The notes below the pieces were generated by a model that was not told the origin of the DNA, ran no database searches, and was given only the letters and a program-made list of their open reading frames with translations. A DNA stretch of 63,857 nucleotides, the filler included, from Trichomonas gallinae (taxonomy: Eukaryota): assembly GCA_008369845.1 (NCBI GenBank). It is 7 parts of 7 records of this genome, joined end to end, with 100 filler letters (N's around TTAATTAATTAA, not from the genome) between each part and the next. Parts side by side here need not be neighbours in the genome. Positions count along the whole stretch, not along the records: positions 1 to 29,140 come from MRSU01001616.1; 6 more parts are not named here. The stretch is one strand, 5' to 3'. The position numbers and the translations under genes were made by a program. Shown piece by piece: positions 1 to 10,593 of this stretch. Positions within the stretch are counted from its first letter, which is position 1. Each line of letters opens with the position of its first letter.

Positions 1-548
1 AAACTTGATATATGATATGGTGTATGTACATATAGTATATAGACAAAGTTTGGAGCAAAAATACCAAAAAAACCTGGTTTCTACACCTCTTTAATTTATA
101 TATATATATATTTTATATTATGTTTGAAATATATTAGACCCTTAAGCTTATAATTTTTTTTTTTTTTTTTTTTGGTTCGCAACAAGGCGACCTATTTGCA
201 ATTTCTGTTTCCATATTCATATGCGTTCTCTATGCATACAGGATTCCATATGCATACGAATTTCTATTTGCAATTGCAAAATCATTTGCATAAGGATTTC
301 GTGTTCATATGCTTTTGTATTTGCATCTACAAATTCATATGCATATGAGATTTCTATAAGCATATAAGGCACATAATTGCAATTGAATTCCACATGCATA
401 TAGCAAAAATCATAACAAAATTCTTTCCAAATTTGAAAAACTATTTAATTTTGTAAAAAATAATGTCTATACAATGTTGGATGCATCAATTTTGCAATTA
501 ATGTTAATTTCATTCAGTCAATATAAAAATAGGGTATGACACCGAATA

Positions 549-3335
549 ATGCAGGGGTCAATAATTATGACTAGTTCTGGATCCCGTTGGGATAAAATCA
601 ACGACGGGATAAATCCAGCAAAGGCACCAATATTAGAACCGAAAACCATCATTATATCACAGCCTTCGGCTGGCCCATCATCAATTTCAAATACAGAACC
701 ATTAACAGAAGAGTATTTAAATTCAATTTTGCCATCAGTTGGATATAAAATTGTTCCAATACCTAAAAAATACGTGCGACAGCAATCAGAAAGAGTTTTA
801 GTTCAAGAAATAGAAAATCCGGAAACAAAACGAATTCCTCAGGAATTTCAAAAGTTATATACAGATACTAGACCCGATGAGGAATTAACCCAAGAAGAGC
901 ACAATGAAAGATTCGTTATGAAATTATTAATGCAAATTAAAGAAGGCTCTGTTTACCAAAGAAAACAAGCAATTCGACTTTTGACTACGCATGCTCCAAA
1001 TCTTGGCGCAGAACTAATCTTTTCTAAATTTATTCCATTAATAAATTCTTCATCACTATCAGAACTCGAGCGACACTCGTTGATAAAAACACTCGATAGA
1101 CTTATGTACAGGCTATCAAACCATATCGTGCCATATGTTCCACAGCTTTTACGCTTTGTTGGTCCTATGCTGATTGATCGCGAACCAGTTACCAGAGCTG
1201 AAGGCCGCGAAGTCACATCAAACTTAGCGAAAATCACAGGATGGCCGGAAATTGTCAAAGCCTTGAGAGCAAGTTTAGACAGCGAAGACGAAGACGTCAG
1301 ATCGATAACTTCCCAAATTCTCGCAACTACGGCAACAGCAGTTGGCTACGACAAAATCTTCCCACTATTAAGAGCCATGTTCGGCTCGAAAAGGTCATGG
1401 TGCAGCCGCCACACGGCGCTGAGAGTCATCGATGGAATTGCCTTCCAAAATCGCAATGGAATTTTGCCCCATTTAGATGCGCTTGTGAAATTTGTTTTGC
1501 CTATGATGGACGATGAGGAAGACAAAGTCAGAAGGCAGGCCGTCAAATGCACAAAAGCTCTAGCAGAAGCAGCAGCACCGTATGGCGGTGAAGTCTTTGA
1601 TAAACTCACAGAAAAAGTTCTTTCTGGATTTCAGTCGCCAATGCACAAATTCTGCTTAGCTGCTATGGCTGCACTTATCCTGACAATGAAGACTGAATAC
1701 GCGTCAACGTATTTCCACAGGTTATTCATGAGATTAGGGCATTCTTTCGAATCACAAGACATCAAAGAGAAAATAAGCGGTTTAACATTATTCGAGAACG
1801 CTTTAATTAAAGACGCTGTACAGATTGTTGAACTTCAGGCTCTATATGATCCATTCTTCCGCGGCTACTGGAATCAGCGCGCTACACTTTCAAGAGTTTT
1901 GATAAACAAAGTTGTAGATGTAACAGTAATGATCGCTGAAAAAAGCTCCATGTCCGATACTATAAGAATGATGCGCGGCGATTTCAAAGTTATGTCAAAT
2001 GACTATAAGTGTGCATGCGTTCAATGCATCAGGGAGCTTGTTAAGCGCATCGGCCTCAAGAATATGACGCCGGAAGATATAGTAACATGCCTTGAAGATA
2101 TTTTGTTTGCATACGAAAATATTGATGACGAAAAATCTCGCAAACAGATCTACAAGTGCCTCGAAGAATTCCTCGCTGAAGCAGGCGAAAGAGTCCAAGG
2201 AATATTAGAATACGTGCAGAACTCTGTTGAGCAGAGAACAAATATGCCTCATCCAAGACAAAGAGAGCGTGGTGCTTTGATTATATCAGCATTTGCTCAT
2301 TCATTTGCAATCTGCGAATCTCGACCACCTTTGATTCACTTTTATGAAAAATTCCAGGAAATGTTTGTCGAAGAATACCCCAATGTTCTTGCCGCAGTTC
2401 TCACTGCAGCAGCTTCTCTTGCCCGTGAGTTGAAGCTCGATGAAATGAGAACGAAACCAGATGAAGTCATGCCGAGATTAGTTCCCATCCTCAAAAACAG
2501 GAATGATCAAGTTGCTTTCGCATGCGTTAACCTGATTTCAACGCTCACAACTAAAGCCGATAAAATTGCTGATAACAAGGAATGGATGAGAATTTGCTTC
2601 GAGTTAATCGAGTTGCTCAAATCCGACAAGAGAAAAGTCAGGCAAGGAGCAATCAACGCTTTTTCGCAAATAGCTAAAGCAATCAGTCTATTCGATGTTT
2701 TACTCGCTCTCTTGAATAACTTGAGAGTCCAAGACAGACAGATCAGACTTTGCACGACAATAGCCATCGCAGTATTGGCTGAAAACGTCGGCCCGCACTT
2801 GGTACTTCCAGCATTGATGAACGAATACAGGACGCCAGATATGAATGTCCAGAATGGTGCGCTCAAAGCAATGCAGTATCTTTTCCAGGGTATCGGCAGA
2901 GAATGTGCTGATTACTGCTACGCAGTTACTCCACTTTTGACATACGCATTGATCGAGCGTGATAATATCCACAGACAGCAGGCATGTGCAGCTGTTACTT
3001 CGTTCGCTATCGGCTGCTTCGGAGCTGGAAAAGAAGATGCTTTGCTTCATCTGTTCAATCACTTGATTCCAAACGTGTTCGAGTCAAGCATGCATTTCGT
3101 CGAATCATTCATGAACTCAATGGAAGCAATGCGACTGAGCCTTGGTCCAGGCGTGGTTCTTATGCACACTCTTGCTGGTTTGTTCCATCCGGCGAGAAAA
3201 GTTAGATCTCAATTTTGGAGAATATATAATCAGCTCGTAATTTATGCCGGTGGTGAACTTGTTCCTTATTATCCAATTATGAAGTCATCAGAAAAGAACA
3301 CTTACCATAGAGATGACTTTGATGTGTTTGTATAA
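549..3335 (+). CDS. SF3B1: U2 snRNP splicing factor 3B subunit 1 (SAP155/Hsh155), HEAT repeats, shortened N-terminus
   Basis: 928-aa ORF with SF3B1 signatures ERHSLIKTLDRL, RAEGREVTSNLAK, EEYPNVL, KEWMRICFELIELLK, LMNEYRTPDMNVQNGALKA and GLFHPARKVR. An alternative start lies at 567. Confidence 0.97.
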   Translation: MQGSIIMTSSGSRWDKINDGINPAKAPILEPKTIIISQPSAGPSSISNTEPLTEEYLNSILPSVGYKIVPIPKKYVRQQSERVLVQEIENPETKRIPQEFQKLYTDTRPDEELTQEEHNERFVMKLLMQIKEGSVYQRKQAIRLLTTHAPNLGAELIFSKFIPLINSSSLSELERHSLIKTLDRLMYRLSNHIVPYVPQLLRFVGPMLIDREPVTRAEGREVTSNLAKITGWPEIVKALRASLDSEDEDVRSITSQILATTATAVGYDKIFPLLRAMFGSKRSWCSRHTALRVIDGIAFQNRNGILPHLDALVKFVLPMMDDEEDKVRRQAVKCTKALAEAAAPYGGEVFDKLTEKVLSGFQSPMHKFCLAAMAALILTMKTEYASTYFHRLFMRLGHSFESQDIKEKISGLTLFENALIKDAVQIVELQALYDPFFRGYWNQRATLSRVLINKVVDVTVMIAEKSSMSDTIRMMRGDFKVMSNDYKCACVQCIRELVKRIGLKNMTPEDIVTCLEDILFAYENIDDEKSRKQIYKCLEEFLAEAGERVQGILEYVQNSVEQRTNMPHPRQRERGALIISAFAHSFAICESRPPLIHFYEKFQEMFVEEYPNVLAAVLTAAASLARELKLDEMRTKPDEVMPRLVPILKNRNDQVAFACVNLISTLTTKADKIADNKEWMRICFELIELLKSDKRKVRQGAINAFSQIAKAISLFDVLLALLNNLRVQDRQIRLCTTIAIAVLAENVGPHLVLPALMNEYRTPDMNVQNGALKAMQYLFQGIGRECADYCYAVTPLLTYALIERDNIHRQQACAAVTSFAIGCFGAGKEDALLHLFNHLIPNVFESSMHFVESFMNSMEAMRLSLGPGVVLMHTLAGLFHPARKVRSQFWRIYNQLVIYAGGELVPYYPIMKSSEKNTYHRDDFDVFV

Positions 3336-3541
3336 AATAAATATATTTAAAATTAATATCAATATTTAATTCAAATGATCAAATCTATAATATATCAATT
3401 GTTTTTGATTCATAAAATGAAATCATGAAATATAATATTTTTTAAATTTCTAGTAATATCAAAAAGATTTAAAGATATGTGGGTAATTAGAAAAAATAAT
3501 ATATTTAATAGCATACAAACATGTTTAAATTTATATATAAA

Positions 3542-4486
3542 TTATTTTGTATTCAAAAATTTAACTATTGTACTTCTAGGTAAGTCCATCTGGGGATGAT
3601 TTTTCAGTGACTCATTTTCAAGAGTTGCCAGAGCAGTTCTAGTTATTCTTCCACCTTGAGCAGTGAATAAGTATCCACTTGCTGTAGTAAAGAAAGGTTT
3701 AGATTTAGCTTTCGATTTTAATTGGTGTTCTAAACATCTTATGCTGTTTTCTCCTTTGTCATTTACGCAATAAAATGTAATAACACCAGTAACGTAATTA
3801 ATATTGAGAGGAACTAAGTATTTAACAGGAGCATTATTTGTGTAATTAAATTGCGCGACAATGTCTTTTTCTGAAATAATTGCAACCTGACCATTGCTTA
3901 ACGCTGCCAAACAACCGCGTGTTCCTGGTAATGGAGTTATGTAGTTAATCTGTGAGTGAATATTTACTGTCTGTACGAATTGTGTGTCAAGATCAATTAC
4001 TGAAACCTTTTGCCTTACATCAGAAGCAAAAAGCTTTTCGCCAACCAAGCACATTGCAGTGACCTTGAATTGCATGTTATAAGCAAACACATGAATTCCT
4101 TTGTGGTTCCAGAGATTTATTGTACTATCGTTTCCTGTTGATATGAAAAGCACAGATTTATCTTTACTAGGAATAACAAGTGTTACTTCACTTTTGTGTG
4201 CACGTGATGCGCCTGGTGTTGAGAAAGATTGTATTAAATTCAATGAAATGTCAAATTCTGAGATTGTTCCATTACTAAAACCAATTATCCAGCCTCCTCG
4301 AGGCGAAACACACCATGATGTAGGCGTTAAACTTAAATTTAGTGTGGTTTTATAATTATTGATGGAATGAACAGCGACATGGCCAAGTTTATCTATAATC
4401 AATATGTTGCTTCCACTTTCACTAGCTTGCATGCCAATAATAGTGGAAGAAACATTTCCATAGTTAACCGAAAACCAAGAACCCAT
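3542..4486 (-). CDS. WD40-repeat protein with possible N-myristoylation motif
   Basis: 314-aa beta-rich ORF containing AHKSEVT...FISTGNDSTINLWN (a WD repeat). It starts MGSWFS (MGxxxS). Confidence 0.75.
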   Translation of the reverse strand: MGSWFSVNYGNVSSTIIGMQASESGSNILIIDKLGHVAVHSINNYKTTLNLSLTPTSWCVSPRGGWIIGFSNGTISEFDISLNLIQSFSTPGASRAHKSEVTLVIPSKDKSVLFISTGNDSTINLWNHKGIHVFAYNMQFKVTAMCLVGEKLFASDVRQKVSVIDLDTQFVQTVNIHSQINYITPLPGTRGCLAALSNGQVAIISEKDIVAQFNYTNNAPVKYLVPLNINYVTGVITFYCVNDKGENSIRCLEHQLKSKAKSKPFFTTASGYLFTAQGGRITRTALATLENESLKNHPQMDLPRSTIVKFLNTK

Positions 4487-4661
4487 ATATTTTATGACAT
4501 TTTGTCGATTTACATGTCAAATAAATTTACAAGTCAGATTTTGATTTGGAATGATTTGGAATGTAATTACATATATCGCGTAAAAAGTACATTATTCGTT
4601 GGGTTTTTAAATAACTATTTATTAAGTTTTTGATAACAATAATTTTTTCATAAAATATATT

Positions 4662-5360
4662 TTACAATAATGCCGGGAATATCTTTTGTATAAGTTGTTC
4701 TTTTTGTGGATCATCTTTTAATGCATATTTTAAGTTAATCTTGTCTTCATCTTTCATTTCATAATCACCGATAAAGTCTTTCATATGTTGCAACTTAAAT
4801 TCATTATCTCCTTCTGCATTTTTAAGAGCTATAGCGTAAACTCTGACGTCAAGTATATCAGATAATTGTTTAACATCGTAATCTTTGAGATTTTTACCTA
4901 TAAGAACAGCTAATAAGTTAAGAGTTTCGTTTAGTTCATTTTCGTAGCATATTTCGCAATTCTCTAGCATATTTTGCGGATTAATTTTTTGTTTGAATAT
5001 TTTTTCGATTTCTTCCTGTAAAACTGATACACCATAGAATGCAGATATTGCATAGATCTGCAAAAGCTTTTTAACATTTTCTTTATCATCGTAATCAATT
5101 TTTCCATCATACATCCAATTAATGACTTCTCGTACTAAATTACCTGGATTGTATTCTATTTCGACTGTTCCTGTTTCAGCTTCCGTCATTTGCCCAGTAA
5201 ACATGTTGTAGAAAAATGTTGAAGAATTTGCAAGAATAAGTTTATGGGCTTTGATGGGCGCCTTGCCGTCATTTAATTGAATTTCGCAATCTGAGTTTGT
5301 TGAATTATCAAGGAACTCTTTATAGTTGAAAATTGGCGCATAATTAATCTTTTGAAACAT
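4662..5360 (-). CDS. BTB/POZ domain protein
   Basis: SDCEIQL...IKAHKLILANSSTFFYNMFTGQMTEA...INWMYDGKI is a BTB signature. First ATG at 5360, preceded by GTCACTTTT/GTCATT initiator-like sequence on the minus strand. Confidence 0.92.
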   Translation of the reverse strand: MFQKINYAPIFNYKEFLDNSTNSDCEIQLNDGKAPIKAHKLILANSSTFFYNMFTGQMTEAETGTVEIEYNPGNLVREVINWMYDGKIDYDDKENVKKLLQIYAISAFYGVSVLQEEIEKIFKQKINPQNMLENCEICYENELNETLNLLAVLIGKNLKDYDVKQLSDILDVRVYAIALKNAEGDNEFKLQHMKDFIGDYEMKDEDKINLKYALKDDPQKEQLIQKIFPALL

Positions 5361-5914
5361 TATAATGACAAAAAGTGAACTAAAAGTGACAGAGAAAATC
5401 AAACTTTTTTGTTATTTAAATATTTGACTGACGATTTATATGTTTCTTGACTATTTAGACATTCTACAACGAAATCACAAACATTTGACAATGTTAAGGT
5501 TTAATCTCTGATTATCTTTTCATAACTAATCACTTTCCTCTATTTCTGTATTAATCCTATATAGCATGTAGTATATTATATAACTATAGCATTCTGCTCT
5601 ATATTGTAACATCACAGGGGAATTTTGCCTAATGAAGTTCCTCCCGAGGAGATTAATATTCATAAGACTTTTTTATTTAAAATTCTTAATAATAACAGAT
5701 ATTTTAACAATTTTCATGATGAAATGATGCATTAACTATATAAAATAGTAAGATCTCAAAAATTTAAAAAATAATCATAGTATACTAGGTGTATATTATA
5801 TTTCAGTGTTAAAGATTCTTAGTAATATATATTTGTCATTAAAGCAACAATATTTTTTGGTAATATTTTAATATAATATAAAAAAGTAAACAAATAATGA
5901 AGTATTCAATGTAA

Positions 5915-6262
5915 TTAGTGTGGCTCTAATGAATTTTGTTTGTTTTCAAGTTGAACAAGCAGTAATAAAGCATTGTTTTTTGGATCTGAGATTTTTTCTA
6001 ACTGTTTTTCTTTTTCTTCAACTTTTAGTTTGAGGTCATCGTAGATTTTCTGCATCTTATGGTGATATTCTATTGGATTTTGCTCAGATAATTTAATTTT
6101 TGCAATCCTTGCTTCTAATTCTGAGCAAAGAGCTTCATTTTCTTCTAATTCGCGCTCCCAATTATCATATATAGCTTGAATTTTGTCGCATGCTTCACTT
6201 TGCTCTCTGATTAATTGTGCTTCATTCATGGTCATAAATTTGAGGCAAATTTTTTTTGACAT
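5915..6262 (-). CDS. small coiled-coil hypothetical protein
   Basis: 115-aa E/K/L-rich ORF with heptad character. The start could instead be the ATG at 6235. Confidence 0.65.
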   Translation of the reverse strand: MSKKICLKFMTMNEAQLIREQSEACDKIQAIYDNWERELEENEALCSELEARIAKIKLSEQNPIEYHHKMQKIYDDLKLKVEEKEKQLEKISDPKNNALLLLVQLENKQNSLEPH

Positions 6263-6489
6263 GTAATTTACTTATCGATACTTTACAAATCAATAGTGAC
6301 ACTTTTTATGATTTGACAAATTCATAGAGTGGTAGATAACGCAAAAATTTCATAAACATATAGATTAGGCTATAAGCAATCTATTTCCAAGTTTCTGCCT
6401 ACAGCAGGTCGTATGTCTACAACTTTTTGCAGAGTCTATATCTTTTTTTTTTTCGCAAACTCTTCGAAAGCTTTTTTCTAATTTGATAT

Positions 6490-6583
6490 AATTTGACATG
6501 TAATTTTCTTTTTGACAATTTACAATGAATTTTTAATTTTAAAGAATTTGACATGTAATATATTTTTGACAATTTACATGTCA
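6490..6583. promoter_or_regulatory. duplicated TTTGACATGTAA-N-TTTTTGACAATTTACA module in a divergent intergenic region
   Basis: Two near-identical ~37-nt copies at about 6490 and 6545. The second copy is bounded by the inverted pair TGACATGTAA/TTACATGTCA and sits just upstream of the protease ATG. Confidence 0.55.
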
Positions 6584-6619
6584 TAACGCGATTTCAGAAA
6601 GAATTTTGACCGAAATTTG

Positions 6620-8260
6620 ATGAATACAATATCGAGGAAGAGTTACTATGATCTACTTGTGATTTCTATCTCGACATTGCTATTTTCTATTGTCACTCTC
6701 GGTTTTTCTTCATATATTTTCTCTATTAGCAAAGAAATTGAAGATGATGAAGATTTCGAATATATTTATAAGCCTTTACCATCGAAATATCTCATTGATG
6801 AGAGTGTAATGAGTCCAACACTCGATCAAGGACCGCGCGGAACATGCTATCTGTTCCAAATTATTGCTATTTTGGAATCACAATACAAACAGCAAGCATT
6901 ACAATATGGATATCTCGAAAAAGACCAATATTTACGCTTTTCGCACGAAGGATTAGCATACAAAATGGTTCAAAGATGCTTAGAACAGCCTAATAGTTTT
7001 CCATGCTTTGATAGCCCGAGAAGACTGAATACAACAGAGGCAGGAAGTCTCACTGAGTTCATTAATTTCTACAAGGAGTGGGATGACTTCAAGCACTGGG
7101 TTGTTCCTGCAAATTGCTGCAAATATCAACAATTACCTGAAAATGAGATGATTTGTCCTGACATTGAACAATGTATCAAGAATAATCCCATTGAATTCGA
7201 AATTTTAAGCCACTATGTCACAGTAAATATTGAAGATATCAAGCAAACTTTGCATGAAACGAAATTACCGCTTGCTTTTTCGATCACATTACCACAACAG
7301 AGATATATATTTCCATGCACAAACAAATTAGTCAAAGATTCGTTCAGTTGTAAAAACAATGATTTTTATTGTCCAACAAATCCGTCAAAATTCTGTTCTA
7401 TACATGACTTCAAGCTATTCAAGATAAGTGACACTGAATTTGTTTTCCAGAAAACAGGAAAAACAGTTCCAGGAACCCCTCATGCGATGACTCTAGTTGG
7501 CTACAACGATAACTTCTCTCCAAAGCTAAACATCAATTTCACTCATGTCCCGAGGTCAACTGGTGGCTTCGTCCTCAAAAATAGCTGGGGAGCGAGAGGC
7601 CACACGTACGAATATCTAATGGGCATGATAACGGAAGACCAGGACGCTGTTTTCTGCCCTGACAAAGACAACGTTCTTCGCTGGGTGCCTGCAGACCTAG
7701 AGTGCATCAAATCTAAAAAGAGTGGAGACCTATGTTCAACTGATGCAAGAATAACAAGAGGAAAAAGAATCATAAGACACGCGGACACATTAAAATGCGT
7801 TAATGTTACACATTGCGATTTGAACGCCACATACTATCTTCTTAGGGACAGTCCGACGTCTCTCTCTGCTTCCTTCGTTTGGTCCGAAGAAGGTGTTCCA
7901 CTGCCGAGAGTCATAAAAGTCAAGGATGGATATGATCCAGTCATAGAAACAATCGAGACTCTTCCGATTCAACACGCGTACTATGCATTTCAACTGAGGG
8001 ATGATCTCCAAGAGGAGAACATTCCAGGCAAGTGCGGCTACGTAATGTTACCTTATGACACTGTCCGCGACTTGAGGAGTGTTCTAGGCGATCAAGGCTC
8101 TGCTTATTTCATCGCACAGGGAATAAAACTCAGATTTACTAAGAGTAGCTACAAGGCGAGTGGAGCAAGGAAGGACTATAAGTTAGTTGACAGGTCATTG
8201 GCCAGATACAAAGAACTTCTTACAGATGATCCACTCGATTTAGAAGAATTATTGCAATAA
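6620..8260 (+). CDS. papain-family (clan CA, C1) cysteine protease-like protein with N-terminal transmembrane anchor
   Basis: DQGPRGTCYLF (oxyanion Q and catalytic C), HAMTLVGY (H), LKNSWG (N). Hydrophobic segment at residues ~12-36. ATG at 6620. Confidence 0.88.
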   Translation: MNTISRKSYYDLLVISISTLLFSIVTLGFSSYIFSISKEIEDDEDFEYIYKPLPSKYLIDESVMSPTLDQGPRGTCYLFQIIAILESQYKQQALQYGYLEKDQYLRFSHEGLAYKMVQRCLEQPNSFPCFDSPRRLNTTEAGSLTEFINFYKEWDDFKHWVVPANCCKYQQLPENEMICPDIEQCIKNNPIEFEILSHYVTVNIEDIKQTLHETKLPLAFSITLPQQRYIFPCTNKLVKDSFSCKNNDFYCPTNPSKFCSIHDFKLFKISDTEFVFQKTGKTVPGTPHAMTLVGYNDNFSPKLNINFTHVPRSTGGFVLKNSWGARGHTYEYLMGMITEDQDAVFCPDKDNVLRWVPADLECIKSKKSGDLCSTDARITRGKRIIRHADTLKCVNVTHCDLNATYYLLRDSPTSLSASFVWSEEGVPLPRVIKVKDGYDPVIETIETLPIQHAYYAFQLRDDLQEENIPGKCGYVMLPYDTVRDLRSVLGDQGSAYFIAQGIKLRFTKSSYKASGARKDYKLVDRSLARYKELLTDDPLDLEELLQ

Positions 8261-8814
8261 TATAATTTTAGATTTGTTATGTTTATAAAGATGCGTAATA
8301 CAATTTGTTATTTAATGCTTTCTTACAACACTCACATGTTCAAGTTTAAATTTCAATATCAATTCTCAAAGAATTGTGCTAAAAGCAGAATAATAATATC
8401 CAAAAGTATAATTTCACTTTTTACCATATAACCATAAGCATGTTTTATTATTATTATGATTCATTTCCAGGATTTGGAAATTTTTGAATACAATTATCAG
8501 CATATGCTTTTCACTATCTCTGTAAAGAATAAATATGAAAATTCAGTAAGAATAATGAAAAAATCGAAAAAATATCGAGTTTGATGTACGTATTTCATAT
8601 TTCTTATTGGCCCTTCATGATATATTATCATACCTTTCTCACATTCTCTGAATAGATACTATTGTCAACTAAATAATCATTTTATCAAATATTAAAATTT
8701 GATTCTAATTCATATATGTTTGATGATGACAAAATTCAACACGAGAGTATATGAAAGATATATGAGATTGAACATGAATATATGTTTTTTAAAAAAAAAA
8801 CGACATCACAGAAT

Positions 8815-10593
8815 TTAGAACAATGAAAATAGCTCGCCATTCTTTGGTTGATTTGTCTGTTGTTGAGGCGCCTGTGGTTTAGGTGCCTGTTGTTGAGGCG
8901 CCTGTGGTTTAGGTGCCTGTTGCTGAGGAGTCTGTTGTTTAGGTGCCTGCTGTTGAGGCGCCTGTTGTTTAGGTGCCTGCTGTTGTGGTACTAGTGGTGC
9001 TGGTTTTGATGGCGCTGGATATGTAGCAAAATTATCAAAACTATCAAATGGAGACTGAGCGACTGGAGCAGCTGCAGGCTGTGCAGGAGAATCAACGAAA
9101 TCGAATACAATGAGAGGCATATCTTGAGAACCAGCAGGCTGTGAAGGCGTCTGTGGCTGTAAATTAAAACCGAATATGTCAAAGTTATTATTATTGTTAT
9201 TTGACGGCTTCGTGTCTGTTGTCTGCTTTGTTGGGCTGCCCTTTCCGAATATATCCACCATACCTGAGTTAGATGCAGGAGCTGGCTCAAGAGGTTCGTC
9301 GATTGGCTTAATTGCTGGGATATCCATGTCAGCGAATGGATCATAAGTATCGACACTAAACTGGTGATTCGGCTGAACCTGCTTGACACCATCTTCGTAT
9401 GTATCAAGTGAATTCATCTTAACGAATCCGCTTGCCTTCTTCATCGAATTCGATTGCGACTGCTCTTCGTCCTCGTATCCAATGGCTGTTTTAACCTCTT
9501 CGAGGCGCTGCTGTTCGATAACTGGAACTTGGAAAATGTATGAAGCAGTAACAGATCTGTGATCAGAGAACATGCACTCGCCCTTGCGGAATGCGATGAT
9601 TTTTGGCATCTTCGGGAAGTTCCTTCCTTGTTGATCACTCGGATCTGTTGCAATCTTTTTAGAATTTCCGACAGCAAGCCTCCTTGGCCCACGCTTGATG
9701 AGAATTCTATCTGTCCAGCTTGGAACTCTGTGCTTGGACGATGTATCGTAGATATTGCAGTTTTTATCAAATTTGTAAGTTGGATTAAATATGAGTGGCG
9801 GCTCTTTCAATGATCCAATAAGTTTATCGTTCTTCATTGTATTTCTTAATTGGTCTGCTTCGAGTAAACGCTTGATATTTCCTTCTTCAATTAATTTGCA
9901 AGTTTCTTCGTAACTTAATGCGATTCTGTAGTTCAGATCACCGACAAATATGAGATAATCGTACGATCCTTGGACAACTTTAAGCAGTTGCCTGACTTGC
10001 TCGTTTCTTTGTTGAAGATTTTCTGTATGTGGTGAAAGATGGCACGCGATAACGATAAAGCGAGCGCATGAGAGTGTGCAGTAGAAGATGGCAGCGCCTT
10101 TGTTGGCGGCCATGCCATATACACCTAAGCGAATTGTTTTAACAAAGTGTACATCTAATCTTGGAACAGCATCCTTTCTGACAATAACAGCAGCATATAC
10201 ACCGCCGAGTGTTCGTTCCGACATCACAACAAATTCGCCATTTTCTTGATTGACAGCTTCGCCGATGATTTTGCTCCATTTGTTGGAGACTTCAGTAGAT
10301 CCAACCATAATGGAAACGAGACCCATATCAATTTCTTGGAGAGCAATGAATATCGCGTCAGCTTTTTGATCGCCACATTTAAATGATTTACGAATTTCCT
10401 CAATAACCATCGGATGCGGTTTAACTGAGGCTACGTTCCATGTAATCACTGAAATATTGATATCCTGGAACTTTGTAATATATGAAGAATTAATTGCCAG
10501 CAATTTTTTTGCTTCTTCATGCGGTCCTTGACCCATGGCAGGCGATGATCCAGAACGCGGCATGAAAGCAGGATTATTCTTACTGGATGACAT
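8815..10593 (-). CDS. inositol polyphosphate 5-phosphatase (synaptojanin/OCRL-type catalytic domain) with low-complexity tail
   Basis: Motifs ITWNV, ALQEI, NKGA, ACHL, GDLNYRI and PTYKFD...RVPSWTDRIL, plus SDHRSV. Confidence 0.95.
   Translation of the reverse strand: MSSSKNNPAFMPRSGSSPAMGQGPHEEAKKLLAINSSYITKFQDINISVITWNVASVKPHPMVIEEIRKSFKCGDQKADAIFIALQEIDMGLVSIMVGSTEVSNKWSKIIGEAVNQENGEFVVMSERTLGGVYAAVIVRKDAVPRLDVHFVKTIRLGVYGMAANKGAAIFYCTLSCARFIVIACHLSPHTENLQQRNEQVRQLLKVVQGSYDYLIFVGDLNYRIALSYEETCKLIEEGNIKRLLEADQLRNTMKNDKLIGSLKEPPLIFNPTYKFDKNCNIYDTSSKHRVPSWTDRILIKRGPRRLAVGNSKKIATDPSDQQGRNFPKMPKIIAFRKGECMFSDHRSVTASYIFQVPVIEQQRLEEVKTAIGYEDEEQSQSNSMKKASGFVKMNSLDTYEDGVKQVQPNHQFSVDTYDPFADMDIPAIKPIDEPLEPAPASNSGMVDIFGKGSPTKQTTDTKPSNNNNNNFDIFGFNLQPQTPSQPAGSQDMPLIVFDFVDSPAQPAAAPVAQSPFDSFDNFATYPAPSKPAPLVPQQQAPKQQAPQQQAPKQQTPQQQAPKPQAPQQQAPKPQAPQQQTNQPKNGELFSLF
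8856..8987 (-). repeat. coding minisatellite, 15/30-nt units (PQQQAPK[P/Q]Q[A/T])
   Basis: Repeated tgttgaggcgcctgtggtttaggtgcctg units visible on the plus strand. Confidence 0.9.

Noticed and set aside
5608..5665. U4 snRNA-like segment (CAGGGG..GCCTAATGA..CCGAGG)
   Set aside because: K-turn stems mismatch, and there is no U6 stem-I complement (UGCU) or Sm site. Only a modest hairpin remains.
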